DNA from: Octopus vulgaris
Taxonomy: Eukaryota
Assembly (NCBI GenBank): GCA_951406725.2
Contig: OX597817.1
Coordinates: 10,106,001 to 10,170,000 of the forward strand
Direction of reading: 5' to 3'
DNA: 64,000 nucleotides
The notes under the pieces are model-generated. The model saw only the letters and a program-made list of their open reading frames with translations, did no database searches and had not been told where the DNA came from. A program made the translations under genes and the position numbers. Positions within the stretch are counted from its first letter, which is position 1, and each line of letters opens with the position of its first letter. Below, one piece after another: positions 13,378 to 27,065 of this stretch.

Positions 13378-13490
13378 AAATACCCTGTTGTTGATGCTGG
13401 AATTCTAATGAAGGGGCCTTGAATCTTGTTTAGAAACCGGCCCTTTCTCTAAAGCCAAGAAATCTTGAAGTATCACTGAACAATGACATA
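13378..13490 (+). mobile_element. 3' UTR tip of an RLE-type LINE (same family as 52117-52650) in (CATA)n
   Basis: aaataccctgttgtt..tgctg..att..aatgaagg..c.ttgaatct.g.ttagaaaccgg matches the reverse complement of 52117-52220. Confidence 0.7.
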
Positions 13491-14086
13491 TACATACATA
13501 CATGTAATTATTTCTTGAAGTCTATGTTGCTTTCCTGAAAGACATACAGAAACACACGCCCACACACACATACACACAGAAACAAAATTAAGAGCCACTA
13601 TATGTATCTATATAACAGAGTTGTTTTTTGAAGTTTGTGTTCCGTTGCATTGACTTGCATTTAAAATTACCACGTTTTAAGTCAAATCTTGTTTGCTACT
13701 ATGGTGACAATAATACCTATCTATCTTTCACACACACTCACACTCTTTCTCTCTCCCTCTCTCTCTCTCTCTCTTACTGTATTTCTCTTACTGTATTTCT
13801 CTCTCAACGACAATCTTTTACCTCCCCCCTTCTTTTATTCAAAGTAGAAGTCTTTTTTAAAGTCTGTAGTGCGTTTTCTATATGTTGAAAGACACAGAAA
13901 CACACACACACACACACACATGCACACACACACACATGCACACACACACACATGCACACACACACACATGCACACACACACACAAACACGAACAAACAAA
14001 CAACCAAAAACATAATTATATCTTTCAAAACTTGTTAGTTACGATGCTGACTACAATTTGCTTATCTATCCATCTTTCACACAGTA

Positions 14087-14117
<31 letters not shown>

Positions 14118-14576
14118 CTCTCTCTTTCTTTCTTTCTTTCTTCTTATCTCTCACTCTCTATTTCTCTATCAACGACTTTTATCTCCCTTTCTAAAAATAC
14201 ACTGTGATATATTTTAATTTTTCCCTTTTTTCCCCTCCCTTTTATAGATGTGATGGACAGAGAGACACAGAAATCCGTTTGTCTTTTATACTATAAGATT
14301 ATATATTATCTTCCAGTTTTACTTATAATAATAATTATGGCGTAATTATCGCCATTCTCCGCGTTTCCTCTGAAAGAGTACCCCTAAGCTTAGAATTACG
14401 TGAAGTACAATAAGCAAGTAGAATATAACAGAGCTAACGATCTAACAAATGGAGATCGCAACTTGATTTCGAAGCACTTTTAGAAGTATTTCATTTCATT
14501 TAAGTTTAGAATCCTTTTGGGGAAATTCACAGTTACAATTTTTACCCTTCTGAACTTACCTAATGGTACATATTCT

Positions 14577-14841
14577 TTTCTAGTCTAGGCACAAAGCCCG
14601 AAATTTTGGGGGACCCCAGCACGCAATTGGTACTTAATTTATCGAGCCGGAAAGACGAAATACCTACTTCTTTACTACTCACAAGGGGCTAAACACAGAG
14701 AGGACAAACAAGGACAGACACACGGATTAAGTCAATTATATCGACCCCAGTGCGTAACTGGTACTTATTTAATCGACCCCGAAAGGATGAAAGGCAAAGT
14801 CGATGAAAGGCGTGCTAACGTTTCTGCCAGCTCGCCGCCTT
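14577..14841 (-). mobile_element. Two adjacent partial SINE B copies (B2-type and B1-type tails)
   Basis: tcgaccccagtgcgtaactggtactt...gaaaggatgaaaggcaaagtcga; head gccagctcgccgcctt. Confidence 0.8.
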
Positions 14842-15268
14842 CCTATTTCTAATTGAGATATTTCTAATTGAGATAAATCAAAGAAAACCTGTACAAAAGA
14901 CAGGAAATCATGGGTTGCAACGTTCAAACTCTACCTCAGAGACATTAGTGGTAAAAGTAAGGTTAGCTGTTCTGCTTCGTTTGTACATTGCTAGATGTTG
15001 ACTTACAAAAATGAGTATAGTCTTATACTTGAAATGAGACTAAAGTTTCAATAAGTCACAAGTCATTTTCCACTTTTTTAATGTATCTATTGTGGTATTG
15101 AATCGCGTGTTCTTTTCTCCTTAGGTGCTTATGTTGACAAATCAGAATCTTTATTATCAATGTGCATCAGAATCGTATGTTCTACTGTGCAAGATACAAG
15201 CTAATAATGAAGTAGTCGCAAAGTGCTAACGGAGTTAATGCATTGAACCAAAGACTATTAAATTCAAA

Positions 15269-15657
15269 GTGGAGGCGCAATGGCCCAGTGGTTAGGGCAG
15301 CGGACTCGCGGTCATAGGATCGCGGTTTCGATTCTCAGACCGGACGTTGTGAGTGTTTATTGAGCGAAAACACCTAAAAGCTCCACGAGGCTCCAGAAGG
15401 GGATGGTGGTGATCCCTGCTGTACTCTTTCACCACAACTTTCTCTCACTCTTACTTCCTGTTTCTGTTGTACCTGTATTTCAAAGGGCCGGCCTTGTCAC
15501 TCTCTGTGTCACGCTGAATATCCCCGAGAACTACGTTAAGGGTATACGTGTCTGTGGAGTGCTCAGCCACTTACACGTTAATTTCACGAGCAGGCTGTTC
15601 CGTTGATCGGATCAACTGGAACCCTCGTCGTGGTAACCGACGGAGTACTTCCAGTCC
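15269..15657 (+). mobile_element. Full-length tRNA-derived SINE family D (tail type 1)
   Basis: A box tggcccagtgg, B-box-like ggtttcgattc; 12-bp TSD ATTAAATTCAAA at 15257-15268 and 15658-15669. Confidence 0.9.
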
Positions 15658-15794
15658 ATTAAATTCAAAATTACACATGCGATGGGGCGAAATAATCACT
15701 AGTTTAATTATCAATTCTGGCCAAGAAAAGAGACGATCCTGAACTAATAAAACTAATAGAAACAAAAAGGAAGAAACTTATTCTATTTTTAGAA

Positions 15795-16204
15795 TACTCT
15801 TTACTCTTTTACTTGTTTCAGTCATTTGACTGCGGCCATGCTGGAGCACCACCTTTAGTCGAGCAAATCGACCCCGGGACTTATTCTTTGTAAGCCCAGT
15901 ACTTATTCTATCGGTCTCTTTTGCCGAACCGCTAAGTGACGTGGGCGTAAACACACCAGCATCGGTCGTCAAGCAATGCTAGGGGGACAAACACAGACAC
16001 ACAAACATATACACACACACACTTATATATATATATATATACATATACGACAGGCTTCTTTCAGTTTCCGTCTACCAAATCCACTCACAAGGCATTGTTC
16101 GGCCAGAGGCTATAGCAGAAGACACTTTCCCAAGATGCCACGCAGTGGGTCTGAACCCAGAACCATGTGGTTGGTAAGCAAGCTACTTACCACACAGCCA
16201 CTCC
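15795..16204 (-). mobile_element. SINE family A, near full length
   Basis: High similarity to the reverse complement of 61172-61604. Confidence 0.9.
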
Positions 16205-16774
16205 AGCAAGTTATTCTGTGTTGTCTCCGTCAGATTTGTTTGATTGTTTGACAGTTTGTTTGAATGTCTGTTCTTTAGGTTCAAAAAGTTATGATGCTAG
16301 AATCTCAAGTCATTTTATAAAATAGCATGAACAGGAAGCTCGTGTCAGGAAAGATTCTGTAAAACGGCAAAGAAAGAAGTCTGTTTTGTGGTGTTTAGTT
16401 AATTCTTTTAACGTCTTGGGTTAAAATTTTGACCCTGATCTCTTCCTTTGTCATAAAACCTTCGGTGGTTTGCAATAAATATAATAAAAGAAGAACGTGT
16501 CATATATTGAAGTTAATATTATCAATTGTTCCCTCTCTCAAAATTTGTGACCTGTGTCTTTCAACATATGAAGTCATCAATATTTTTGTTGATACTGCGT
16601 CCTTTTGCTACTTAGCTGATCACAACTTCGGTCACAAATTTTGGCCTTTGTTTGAAAATATTTTTATACTCGAATTGCTTTGGGTCATGTGTTTGTAGGA
16701 AGTTCATCTTATTTTTGTATGCTTTGTATAAATGCAGTTACTGGGGATTTTGTTATATTTCCAAAAGCGTAAAG

Positions 16775-16985
16775 AGGCGTGCTGACAATCGTTGGCACAC
16801 TGGAAAAAACGCTTAGCGGCACTTCATCTGTCTTAACGTTCTGAGTTCAAATTCCGCTGAGGTTGGCTTTGCTTTTCATCCTTTTCGGGTTGATAAAATA
16901 AGTATCAGTTGAACACTGGAGTCGATGTAATCGATTTAGCCCCTTCTCCGAAATAGCTGACCTTGTGCCAAAATTTCAAACCAAA
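16775..16985 (+). mobile_element. SINE family B
   Basis: gttctgagttcaaattccgc...gcttttcatcc...gataaaataagta. Confidence 0.8.
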
Positions 16986-17029
16986 TTCCCAAAGCGTGCA
17001 TTATTATTATTGCGATTGTATCTGTTTCC

Positions 17030-17860
17030 ATTCTCAGCATACTAGATTTCTCTGTTTTCAATTCTTTATATTTGGATCGGTTCCGCTTCATGTTCTCAAC
17101 ATTATTTCAACCCCTGTTAGAATCTATGTCAAATTAGAGAAAGTTTTTGGAGAAAATATGAATAAACACTTCATTTCTTTTTTGATGATAATATTTGGGC
17201 AGTTTGCCTTTTAATCTTTTTACCCCGGTGTTTGATCACTTTTTCGTTTTCTGTGATCGATTATGGTGTCTGCCTATAGTATCTTTATTTCTATGAGCAA
17301 TCCATACTGTCCATGATTTCCAATTGCACACAGTTTCTGTCAATGAACTCTCAAAATCAATCGTGTCTGTTTATGAATTACAGTTTGGCTAAACACTATC
17401 ATTTAGCAACGTTGTGATTGATAGTTCCTTCGCAAACTTCACGTATTCTGCAGTATCGCTTTATATATGCTTTATTGTATGCTTTCCGTTATTTCTAATA
17501 TCTCTTATATCTATTACTGCAATTCCATTCGATTATTCGAATGTTCTAAAGATGCAGCTTGCCTACTTGTATCGATATTTTGCCAGTGTTTCTTCCATCT
17601 TTAGACGAGCTAAACTTAGAAGCTCATTTCTGACTGCTAGGTTTTGGTCTTGTTTTGTGATCAAATATAGGGTAGTTTCAGCTTTATATTCTGTACAGAG
17701 CTATTTTTTCTTTACCTTTCGTAACATAAGATTTACCAAAGAATTTAAGGTCCCTGTTTTTAATTTATATTTTACCTATTGTCTATTCATCTTTCGATAA
17801 AATACAATCATGATCTCAGATCAACTTTTTCACAGTTTTTCGTTGATTACTATATCTTTT
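17030..17860 (-). pseudogene. Heavily decayed LINE reverse transcriptase remnant, probably RTE
   Basis: Scattered RT-like motif remnants on the minus strand (NYQS/ITLL-like, GV.., ELL) in the expected order, with many stops. Confidence 0.35.
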
Positions 17861-17979
17861 CAATTGACTAACATGGTTTTAATTATGTTAAGAAATATTT
17901 TTTACATAAGTGTTATGTCACTTATATTTGGTACTGAATTCTTCCAGATATCATGCCTCTCAATTATGCCTTTGTAGAT

Positions 17980-18318
17980 GCTGAGATCCCCTTCGGTCAT
18001 GATTGATCATGGGATTGCACTTAGAAAGTTACCCTCCCAGGCACAAGTCCGGGCAAGGCTGTTTATGGAAGATCAGCAGTCGCCCATGCATACCGGCCTC
18101 TCCTCTCCACGCCACCAGTGTTATCCAAGGGAAAGGCAACACCCGATACAACTCGGCACCTGTGACGTCGCAACTCATTTCTACAGCTTAGTGAACTGGA
18201 ACAACGAGAAATAAAATGTCTTGCTCAAGAACACAACACGCAGCCCGGTCCGGGATTAGAACTCACAACCCCACGATTGTAAGCTCGACGCTCTAACCAC
18301 TGAGCCATGCGCCTTCAC
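17980..18318 (-). mobile_element. Full-length tRNA-derived SINE family C (tail type a)
   Basis: Head gtgaaggcgcatggctcagtggttagag, B box gagttctaatcc, body cttgagcaagac; TSD gcctttRtagat at 17968-17979 and 18319-18330. Confidence 0.9.
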
Positions 18319-19648
18319 GCCTTTATAGATATTCAACTGATTTAATCTCAATCCGGCCAGCTAGAATCTAATTTATGTGCTCATTTTTAATGGCTTAGTC
18401 AGAGTAGGATATGCAATTCCTAGCGACCGTTTCAGTGCTCCTTTGGACGATGTAAGAGAGAAAGTTATCCTCAGATTAGAGAGCTGGCTCAAATGCTTGC
18501 AACAGACTTCCCTTAAGGTCCGACTTAGCTATAATGATGGTACTAAATACTATGACATTAAGTCTAGAAACGTTTCCTTCTAGAGGTTTTGACCAATTTT
18601 AAGCTATCATAGAAGACATTTGCCCAAAATGCTATTTAGTGAAATCAAAACTGAAAGCACGGAGCTGCAAAGTGAACTTCAAAAGCACACAGCCATCCCT
18701 GCTCCCAGAACGGGTAGTTCATCGGTACTTCTACTTTCATCATTACTAAGCATGTCCGGTGGAATCGAAATATCTGTGGTTGTAACATTGTTCAGTAAGC
18801 AACTCTGTTTCTTCTTCTTCCCTTCTGTTTCAAAACTATACATATGTTAACTTCTTATCTACATGAAGTCTCCCTTGAATCTCAAATAATCATACGTTCA
18901 CAGTTTTCTCTTTAAACACTTTTCTTTCAAGCGGCTTTTCATGAATTTGGTCGCAAGTTCTTACAACTGAAATTGTTCTTTACACAAACTGCAGTTTGCG
19001 ATGGGTTGTTCTTTGTTACACAAAAAGAAAAGAATGATCAAGTGCTTTATCACAAACCTTCACCTTCTCTATCAGAACTGACCTGGTACTGAACAATAAC
19101 AACAAACCAAATTCAATTTTGATGTCACTTAATATCATTGAACTAATCATCGAACTACAAAATTATCGATATACGGACGATACATGATGAGATGGTGATG
19201 CTAGTCTAAACATTCTATTTCCATTCTATTAGTAAGCAAAACTACGGGACTACTCTACGGGAAAAAACACACTTAATATTTCTTTCTATTTCTCTTATTG
19301 TAACTCATATTTATTATATCTTGAGTATCTCAATGTTCTCCAGCTTCTTTTTAAAGGTTCTTCAGAGCAGGACACAGACAAGCTCTCTTCTTAGCTTTTA
19401 CAATGCCGTTGTTTGCTTTTCGTTAGAGTGTGTTATATTTATTCTATAGAATGTACTTGCACATTTACTGTTAAGTGGATTGAGTCTTTAAGACACTTAA
19501 CCAAGAGCCCGGCAGCTGCAGCAGCACAGCAGTAGTAGTTGTGGTGTTGGTAGTTGTGGTGTTGGTGGTACTGACGCTATTGGTACTAGTGCTGGTGGTG
19601 ATAGTGGTTGTTATTGAAACTGTAATTATTATTATTATTACTATTATT

Positions 19649-20349
19649 AAGGCGGCGAGCTGGCAAAATCGTTAGCATGCCGGGCGAAATGCTTAGCAGT
19701 ATTTTATCGATCTTCATGCCTGAGTTCAAATTCCGCCGAGATCTACTTTGCCTTTCGTCCTTTCAGAGTCGATAAATTAAGTACCAGTGATATACTGGGG
19801 TCGATGTAATCGCCCAGTCCCAACCCGCCAAATTTCAGACCTTGTAACTTTACCAGAAAGGATTATTACTATTAATATTAAGGCGGCGAGCTGGCAGAAT
19901 CGTTAGCACGCCGAGCAAAATGATTAGCGGCATTTCATCCTACCTTACATTCTGAGTTCAAATTCCACCGAGGTGGATTTTGCACTTCATATTTTCGAGG
20001 TCGATAAATTAAGTATCAGTGAGATACTGTAGTCAATGTAATCGACTAGACCTCTCCCCAAAAATTTCAGGCCTTGTGCCCTTAGTAGAAAGAATTATTA
20101 TTACAATTCTTAGATATTATTAGAACTAGGGCTTCGAGCTGGCCGAACTGTTGGCACGCCGGGCAAATGCTTAGAGGTATTTCGTCTGTCTTTATGTTCT
20201 GATCTCAAATTCCGGCGAGGTCGACCTTGCTTTTCATTCTTTCGGGGTCGATAAATTAAGTTCCAGTTGCGTACTGAGTTCAATCAAATCGACTGGTCCC
20301 CTTCGCCAAAAATTTCGAGCTTTGTGTCTAGAGTAGAAAAAGATATTAT
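19649..20349 (+). mobile_element. Head-to-tail array of three SINE B copies (plus a degenerate fourth to about 20560) with (TTA)n linkers
   Basis: aaggcggcgagctggca starts at 19649, 19880 and about 20130; each copy ends agaaag.attatta. Confidence 0.9.
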
Positions 20350-20595
20350 TAAAATTAATGGTAAACAAACCCTGGATTGAGAGCATTGTTTGCGCTTTGT
20401 GCTTTTCTGTGAGAGTTTCGGCTCTTCATATTCCCTATTCAAATACTGCTGCGGTCAACTTTGCCTTTCATCATTTCATGACTGATAAAATAAAGTGCCG
20501 GTCAAGTAACAGGGCCAATGCAATCGACTTACGTCCCCACCCGCCAAAAAGTTACTGACTTTATGCCATACTGTTGTTGTTGTTGTTGTTACTAT

Positions 20596-21103
20596 GAGTG
20601 AGAGAGTAGTGTAGGCCATCAATGTGACACTGGGGTAAAATATACGAAGTCCAGTATAATCATCATGACTACCCGTCTGATAAGGGTACACCGGGCACAT
20701 GCATCACAACCATATGTGCGCGACATGGTGATCTCATATCAAGATAAACAGTGCATGCCCTTGCAGGTGGAGCCCAGTTAGAATATTCTTCAGATCGAGT
20801 AGCCTATCCCGCTCAATAGGTCCCTGAATAAGGGTTGTTTAAGGATGTTGAATGAAACACCCATGTTTCCAGAGGTGAATTATTCAAATCCCAAAGAATC
20901 CCTCTCAACACATGACTATGATGCTCCCCCACTAATACTGCACGTGATCAGAGATGCACATATCGTCAGCCACCAAGGGGCATGCTCAACTGGATAAAGT
21001 CAAACAACTGACAAGCAAATCTGTGGTATTGAGCAGAATATTTGCTGTAGCCCATCTTTTATACAAAGACAAAACAATGTACATGGTAACATTTCCAACC
21101 AGT
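20596..21103 (-). mobile_element. Non-coding interspersed element, family E (about 510 bp)
   Basis: Highly similar to 42405-42946; strand inferred from the (AAC)/(AAT)n tail. Confidence 0.8.
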
Positions 21104-21109
21104 AACCTT

Positions 21110-21676
21110 ATATCTATCACGTGCTTTCACTGCACTACCGAGCAAATTTCTCTCTGACTTGGTTATGTGCTGCGGTTTGTTGTGACGCTCTTATTTTTAC
21201 TGTATTGAATGTGTTTTACGTAGGATGTGCGCAGTGCCTAGTAGTTCTATTTTTCTATATGCTATATATACTTGTTAGTCCTGGTATTTTTGTTATGTAT
21301 TTGTCTGAATATTTCTTTATCATAGCTAATGCGTCTACTGCGATAGGAATTGTTTCTGTCTTTAGATTTCACATTCTAGTTACCTCTATTTTCAGACTTT
21401 GTATTTTAAAAGTTTCTCCGTTTCTTTTAGAGGAATATTTTCATCTGTTGGTATTGATACATCGATTACAAAACATAGTTTTCTAAGTAAACTTTGACAA
21501 CTATATCCGCCCTATTGGTCTTTACTTTTCTATCTGTGTGTAATTGACATATCCCAGAGTATGGTTGCTTTCTCATCTTCTGTGACCTTTTCTGGGATGT
21601 GCCATATCTTTTCTATTGTTATTCCATAGTGTTAGCATAGCTTCCAGTGTATATAGGTCCCAACTCTGTCGTGTCT
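21110..21676 (-). mobile_element. R4/Dong-type LINE 3' fragment with decayed RLE endonuclease
   Basis: Multi-frame translation RHDRVGTYIHWKLC...ILWD...TDRKVKTNRADIV...IDVSIP...KLLKY...TIPIAVDALAMI...LLGTAHILRK, stop at 21197-21199; flanked by (TAA)n. Confidence 0.8.
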
Positions 21677-21679
21677 TAC

Positions 21680-21746
<67 letters not shown>

Positions 21747-21935
21747 GTGATAAGTGGGAAAGTTGACTGACACTTTTACCATATGTGGTAAGAAGTTTGC
21801 TTCCCAACCACATGATTCTGGTTTCGGTCCCACTGCGTGGAACCTTAAGCAAGTGTCCTCTACTATAGCCTCGGATCGACCAAAGCTTTGCGAGTGGATT
21901 CGGTATCTGAAAGAAGACCATCATATATATATATA

Positions 21936-23189
21936 CACAGGGGTTGAACAAAATAATGGAAACACCTTAAAATTTCAAGCAAATTTATTTCAATATGGAG
22001 CAGGACCGCCTTTGGCAGTAATTACAGCTTGAATTCTACGAGGTATGGACTCGTACAAAGCTTGAATTGTTTCCAAAGGAATTTTTGTCCATTCTTCAGC
22101 TAAAACAGTTTCCGGATCTTGTAGTGATGGTGGTGGAGGATATCGACTCCTTACGTGTTTTTCTAAGATGCACCATAAATGTCCAATAATACTGAGGTCT
22201 GGGAACCGTGGTGGCCAGATCAGATGTTCAACTTCACTAGAATGTTCCTCATGCCATTCAGTAACAAAACTTAGCTGTGTGAATTGATGCATTATCATCC
22301 TGAAAGATTGCGTTTCCCTCCGGAAAAGTGCGCAACTATAAAATGAATTTGATCAGATAAAATGCTTAAACAGTTTTGACTAATAACATTGCCATGAACG
22401 GAAACCATTGAGCCGTCGGATTTCCAAGATATAGCCCCTCTAAATCATTCAGATCCTCCTCCATGTTTAACAGTTGGAAGAAGGCAGTCTGGCTCAAATA
22501 CTTCTTTTGTCTGTCTCCACACGCATACTCAGAAATAAGGTAAAGGGTGACTAGTCCGAAAATATAACATTCTTCCACTGCTCTAGGGACCAATTCTGTA
22601 GGTTTTTACTCCACTCTAATCGCTTTGCAACGTTTGTTTTATAAAGTAGTGGTTTTCTGATTGCAACCTTCCCGTGAAATCCGGCTTTGTGCAGCTCGCG
22701 ACGAACAGATTTTGTGGAAAGTGGGTTCTCGAGGTGGTCGTTAACCTGTGCAGTAATTTTGGGAGCTGTACTTTTGTGATCCTTTCTAGCAATTTGCGTA
22801 AGAGTCCGACAGTCCCTCTCTGAAAGTTTTGGTTTTCTTCCTGAGTTTTGTTTCGACCAGGAGGTTTTTCGCTCTTTCTCAAAGGCTGTCATTACTTTCG
22901 AGGCAGTACTTCTTGATACACCAAACATTTTGGCTGTTTTTCTTACGCTAGCGCCTGGCTTACTTATGAGCACCAACAATTTGACCTCTTTGAATGTCCG
23001 ATAGATCTGTCATTTTAATGAATTTTAATTACCTTTTTCTGATGATATCTGGAAAGAAATAGCAATTTTAGCAAAACATTAAGCAGCACTAATAATAAAT
23101 AAAAAAACATAAAAATAAACAAGCTTTTGACGGTTTTATAGATATTTCAAAATTATGATGCTAGGTGTTTCCATTATTTTGTCCAACAC

Positions 23190-23194
<5 letters not shown>
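21936..23194 (-). mobile_element. Full-length Tc1-family (DD34E-type) DNA transposon, inactive
   Basis: 32-bp TIRs cacaggKgttgRacaaaataatggaaacacct (2 mismatches) and TA flanks at 21934-35 and 23195-96. Confidence 0.95.
21990..23013 (-). pseudogene. Tc1-like transposase pseudogene
   Basis: MTDLSDIQRGQIVGA..., HTH region with SGRKPK, VIFSD, IFQDDNASIH, WPPRFPDLSIIGHLW (catalytic E replaced by G), C-terminal KGGPAPY*; frameshifts and stops. Confidence 0.9.
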
Positions 23195-23243
<49 letters not shown>

Positions 23244-23244
23244 T

Positions 23245-23277
<33 letters not shown>

Positions 23278-24012
23278 TGAATGAGTGAGTGAGGGAGAAA
23301 TGGATATACATATATAGATATACATGTGCGTGTGTTTGACAACCGGTACTTAATCCCCGTAACTTGGCGATTCGGCAAAAGAAACCGATAACATAAGTAC
23401 CTAGTTTAAAAGCAAAAATAAGGACTTGGGGTGATTTGTTCGACTAAAATTCACCAAGGCGGTACCCCAGCATGGCCACAGTGTAGCGACTGAAATGCAT
23501 AATAAGCAACAGATAAAGATTTCGTCATTTCCCCCTAAAGTCCAAATCTGGTTATGGGTCTACTTTATCTTTTACCCTTTTGAAGTCAATAAGATATACC
23601 CAGGGATTGGTTCAGTTGAGTGTATACTTCCTAAATCAAAGTATGACCTTGTGCACACCTAAGATAGCATTACTATTATATGTCTATTGTCCCCTTTTTG
23701 CCTTTGATGTTTTACTGTTGATAGTGTTTTTGTTTAATATTATTATTAATGTTGCAATCAATATTGTTATGATTGTTACTGCTACTGATGATGATCATTG
23801 ATAATGATTCGCAGATCAGTGTTGTTGTTGTTGTTGTTATTGCATTAGACAAATAACTGCTGAATCCATATAATAACTTAAATTTCTTTCTTTATTGTAT
23901 CAATTTCTCATGAAAAACTCCACTCAATACTTAGTATGTTTAATCATCTCACCTTCTATTTCTCTATTGATTACGATATCTTTAAAATGCTGCATGCTGT
24001 TTGAAATTTCTG

Positions 24013-24046
<34 letters not shown>

Positions 24047-24615
24047 TTTCTCTTTCTCACACACACACTCACACACACACGCACGAATAATGATAAAGAA
24101 CAGTACAAGAATAATGCAAGAGAATACTAATGTTAGTATCACAGATGTTCAAGAATTAAAACATACAAACCTACATATACAAACAACTGTATATTATGAA
24201 ATATACTCATAGCTAAAAGAAAGCATACTTATGCTTATGTGAGCGAGTGTGTGTATCCACATACATACGTATGTATACATGTGTGTGTCAATACATATAT
24301 AAGCGAAGATCATGCAAAAGCAAATACTAACATATTGAAGAAATGTAATTATATGCATATATATATATACATGCATGAATTTGCACAGAGTTACATTCCT
24401 GAGGACTTCTGCATATATATATTGATTCCATAGATTATATGCTAATGCATGTATGTATCAATCGTACTTGACCCAGTTGATATAGAAAAGAACATATAGC
24501 AGTTTGGAAACATGGATAAATGTGTATGTGCGTATCAATTATTATGGTTGTGTATGTGTGTTTGTGCGTGCATGTGTGCGTGCGTGTGTATGTATGCATA
24601 TAAAGGTGAGTTATA

Positions 24616-24845
24616 TGCCGATTCATAAGGGCCGGTTTACCGGTTTCAATGGCGTATAAATTTCCCAGCTGGACGGGACGCCGGTCCGTCGCGAAATTAC
24701 TCGTGTTTGCCAGATGAGTGGACTGGAGCAACGTGAAATGAAGCGCTTTGTTCAAGAACACGAGGCATCGCTCGATCTAGGAAACGAAACCACAATCTTG
24801 CAATCATGAGTCCAATATCCTAACCACTAAGACACGCTTCTCCAC
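24616..24845 (-). mobile_element. SINE with family C head/body and a different short tail (type b)
   Basis: gagtggactggagcaacgtgaaatgaag...caagaacac body and ctaaccactaag head; tail ctggacgggacgccggtccgtcgc not shared with 17980-18318. Confidence 0.75.
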
Positions 24846-25834
24846 ATGTATGTACGTACGTACGTATGTATGTATGTATGTATGTATGTATGTATGTATG
24901 TATGTATGTATGTATGTATGTATGTATGTATGTATGTATGTATGTATGTATGTATGTATGTACGTATGGGGTAGAAACGTGGCAGATGGCTATAACATCA
25001 ATATCAGGCTACAGTTTTTTCTGCATTGTGCTCTTAGCTAAGAGGCTTAACAACCCGATCCACCTCGCTATAAAAATGTAAATACATATGACAATGAGAA
25101 AGCCCCACTGCTTTAGCAGCAAAAGCAGCACAATACAATTGACGAGGGTTTCGTTAGTTGTGTCCAACTCATCGTTTTTTTTTTTTGTTTTTTTGATGGA
25201 ACATGGATAGTAAAATGATCACTCCATTTTGGTAGTGACAGAGACACTAAATAAAACCTCCCCCTATACTTATGACCCTACGACACAATGAACTAGCTAT
25301 ATACGTACACGTATACATGTGATGGAATATGGAATATTCTTGTGTCTGTGTGAGAGCCTCTATGTTGTCACTTGACCTACTAAAAATAGTAGTAAAATAC
25401 TTTTCATATCATACTCTAGTACCTCAGAAACGAAACAAATATAGAATAATCTAGTCTTAGATGAATAATACTTAAATAAATTGGGTGCCAATGATAGAAT
25501 GATGCATTTGATCATAGATATGGTTAATTAGGGCTAACCTAGAGTAAATTAACAATAACAACGAATATTTATATTATTGTGGAATCATTGAGGACAGATG
25601 AATATAAACATTTTCTTCTGCATGTAGTATGACGAACAAAGTGCAAGTTGAGGGTGCATGTCTTTCGCTCAAAATTATTTACCGTTAATGGAGAGTACAG
25701 AGCTATAGGTGAAATATTAGCTACTATTGTTACTAATGAAATAAAATGACGGATTTTGACTGAAAAAGACACAGTCTACCAACCGTCTTCCATCATTTGA
25801 TATAACATGCTGTAGCTACTGTTTGTATACATAC

Positions 25835-26181
25835 GGATGTGACATCAAACTGACCTTCGGGTCATGAATAATTATGGGATTGCACCTAGAAAGTTCCCCT
25901 TCGAGGTGCAAGTCCGAGCAAGGTTGTTTATAGAAGACCATCAGTCGCCCATGCATACCAGACGCTCTTCTCCACGCCATCAATGTTATCCAAGGGAAAA
26001 AATAAAGGCCAATAAGCTTTGCACCAGTGACGTCGCAACTCATTTTTACGGCTGAGTGAACTGGAGCAATCTGAAATAGGATCTTGCTCAAGTGTACAAC
26101 ACACAACCCGGTCCGGAAATAGAACCCACTACTTCGTGATTGTTATCCCGACGCTCTAACCACTGAACTATACACATTCAC
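25835..26181 (-). mobile_element. SINE family C (tail type a)
   Basis: Colinear with 17980-18318. Confidence 0.85.
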
Positions 26182-26190
26182 CTGTTTATA

Positions 26191-26594
26191 TCTCTCTTTT
26201 ACTCTTTTACTTGTTTCAGTCATTTTGACTGCGGCCATGCTGGAGCACCGCCTTTAATCGAGCAAATCGACCCCGGGACTTATTCTTTGTAAGCCCAGTA
26301 CTTATTATATCGGTCTCTTTTGCCGAACCGCTAAGTAACGGGGACATAAACACACCAGCATCGGTTGTCAAGCAATGCTAGGGGGACAAACACAGACACA
26401 CAAACATACACATACACATATATATATATATACATATATACGACAGGCTTCTTTCAGTTTCCGTCTGCCAAATCCATTCACAAGGCATTGGTCGGCCCGG
26501 GGCTATAGCAGAAGACACTTGCCCAAGATGCTACGCAGTGGGACTGAACCCTGAACCATGTGGCTGGTTAGCAAGCTAATTAGCACACAGCCAC
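26191..26594 (-). mobile_element. SINE family A, near full length
   Basis: High similarity to the other A copies. Confidence 0.9.
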
Positions 26595-27004
26595 GACAAT
26601 GAGAACACGAAAATGCTCAAACTTTAATATGAATTTCCCATATCTATTTATTAGCCTTGTGTATTTAATTAGGAATAATATAAGTCCATGAACTTCTCCA
26701 CAACTCAAGTGAAGAAGTTCATTGGTTGGATTGTTGTAGGAGTTAGTTCCCATGCTTACAATTTTTAGATTTGAACATGCATAGTATCGTCTTCGAAATG
26801 CACGGATTATCTCAATTCCATTAGAATTTAGCTACTCAGTACATAACATATGCCGAGGTTATACACTCTTACACCCTTTCTCCCTTTCACTCCCTCTCTC
26901 TTCCTCTCCTCTTTTCCTCTCTCACCCTCTTTCTCCCTCTCCCTTTCTCTCACACATACAAACCTACATATATATATATGTGTTTGCATGTGCATCTATA
27001 TGCG

Positions 27005-27065
<61 letters not shown>

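Larger units (their letters stand above)
21785..23510 (+). mobile_element. SINE family A split by the Tc1 insertion (5' part 21785-21935, 3' part about 23197-23510)
   Basis: Head and body lie left of the Tc1; gacaaccgg...cggcaaaaga.accgata...aaggcggtaccccagcatggcc lies right of it. Confidence 0.75.

Noticed and set aside
15110-15180. Possible 50-nt exon (ttctccttAG ... GTATGT)
   Set aside because: Splice-like signals of this strength are common by chance in AT-rich DNA; no supporting reading frame
19649-20349. CRISPR-like or regulatory array
   Set aside because: Units are whole SINE copies with microsatellite linkers; no unique spacers, no cas genes, eukaryotic context
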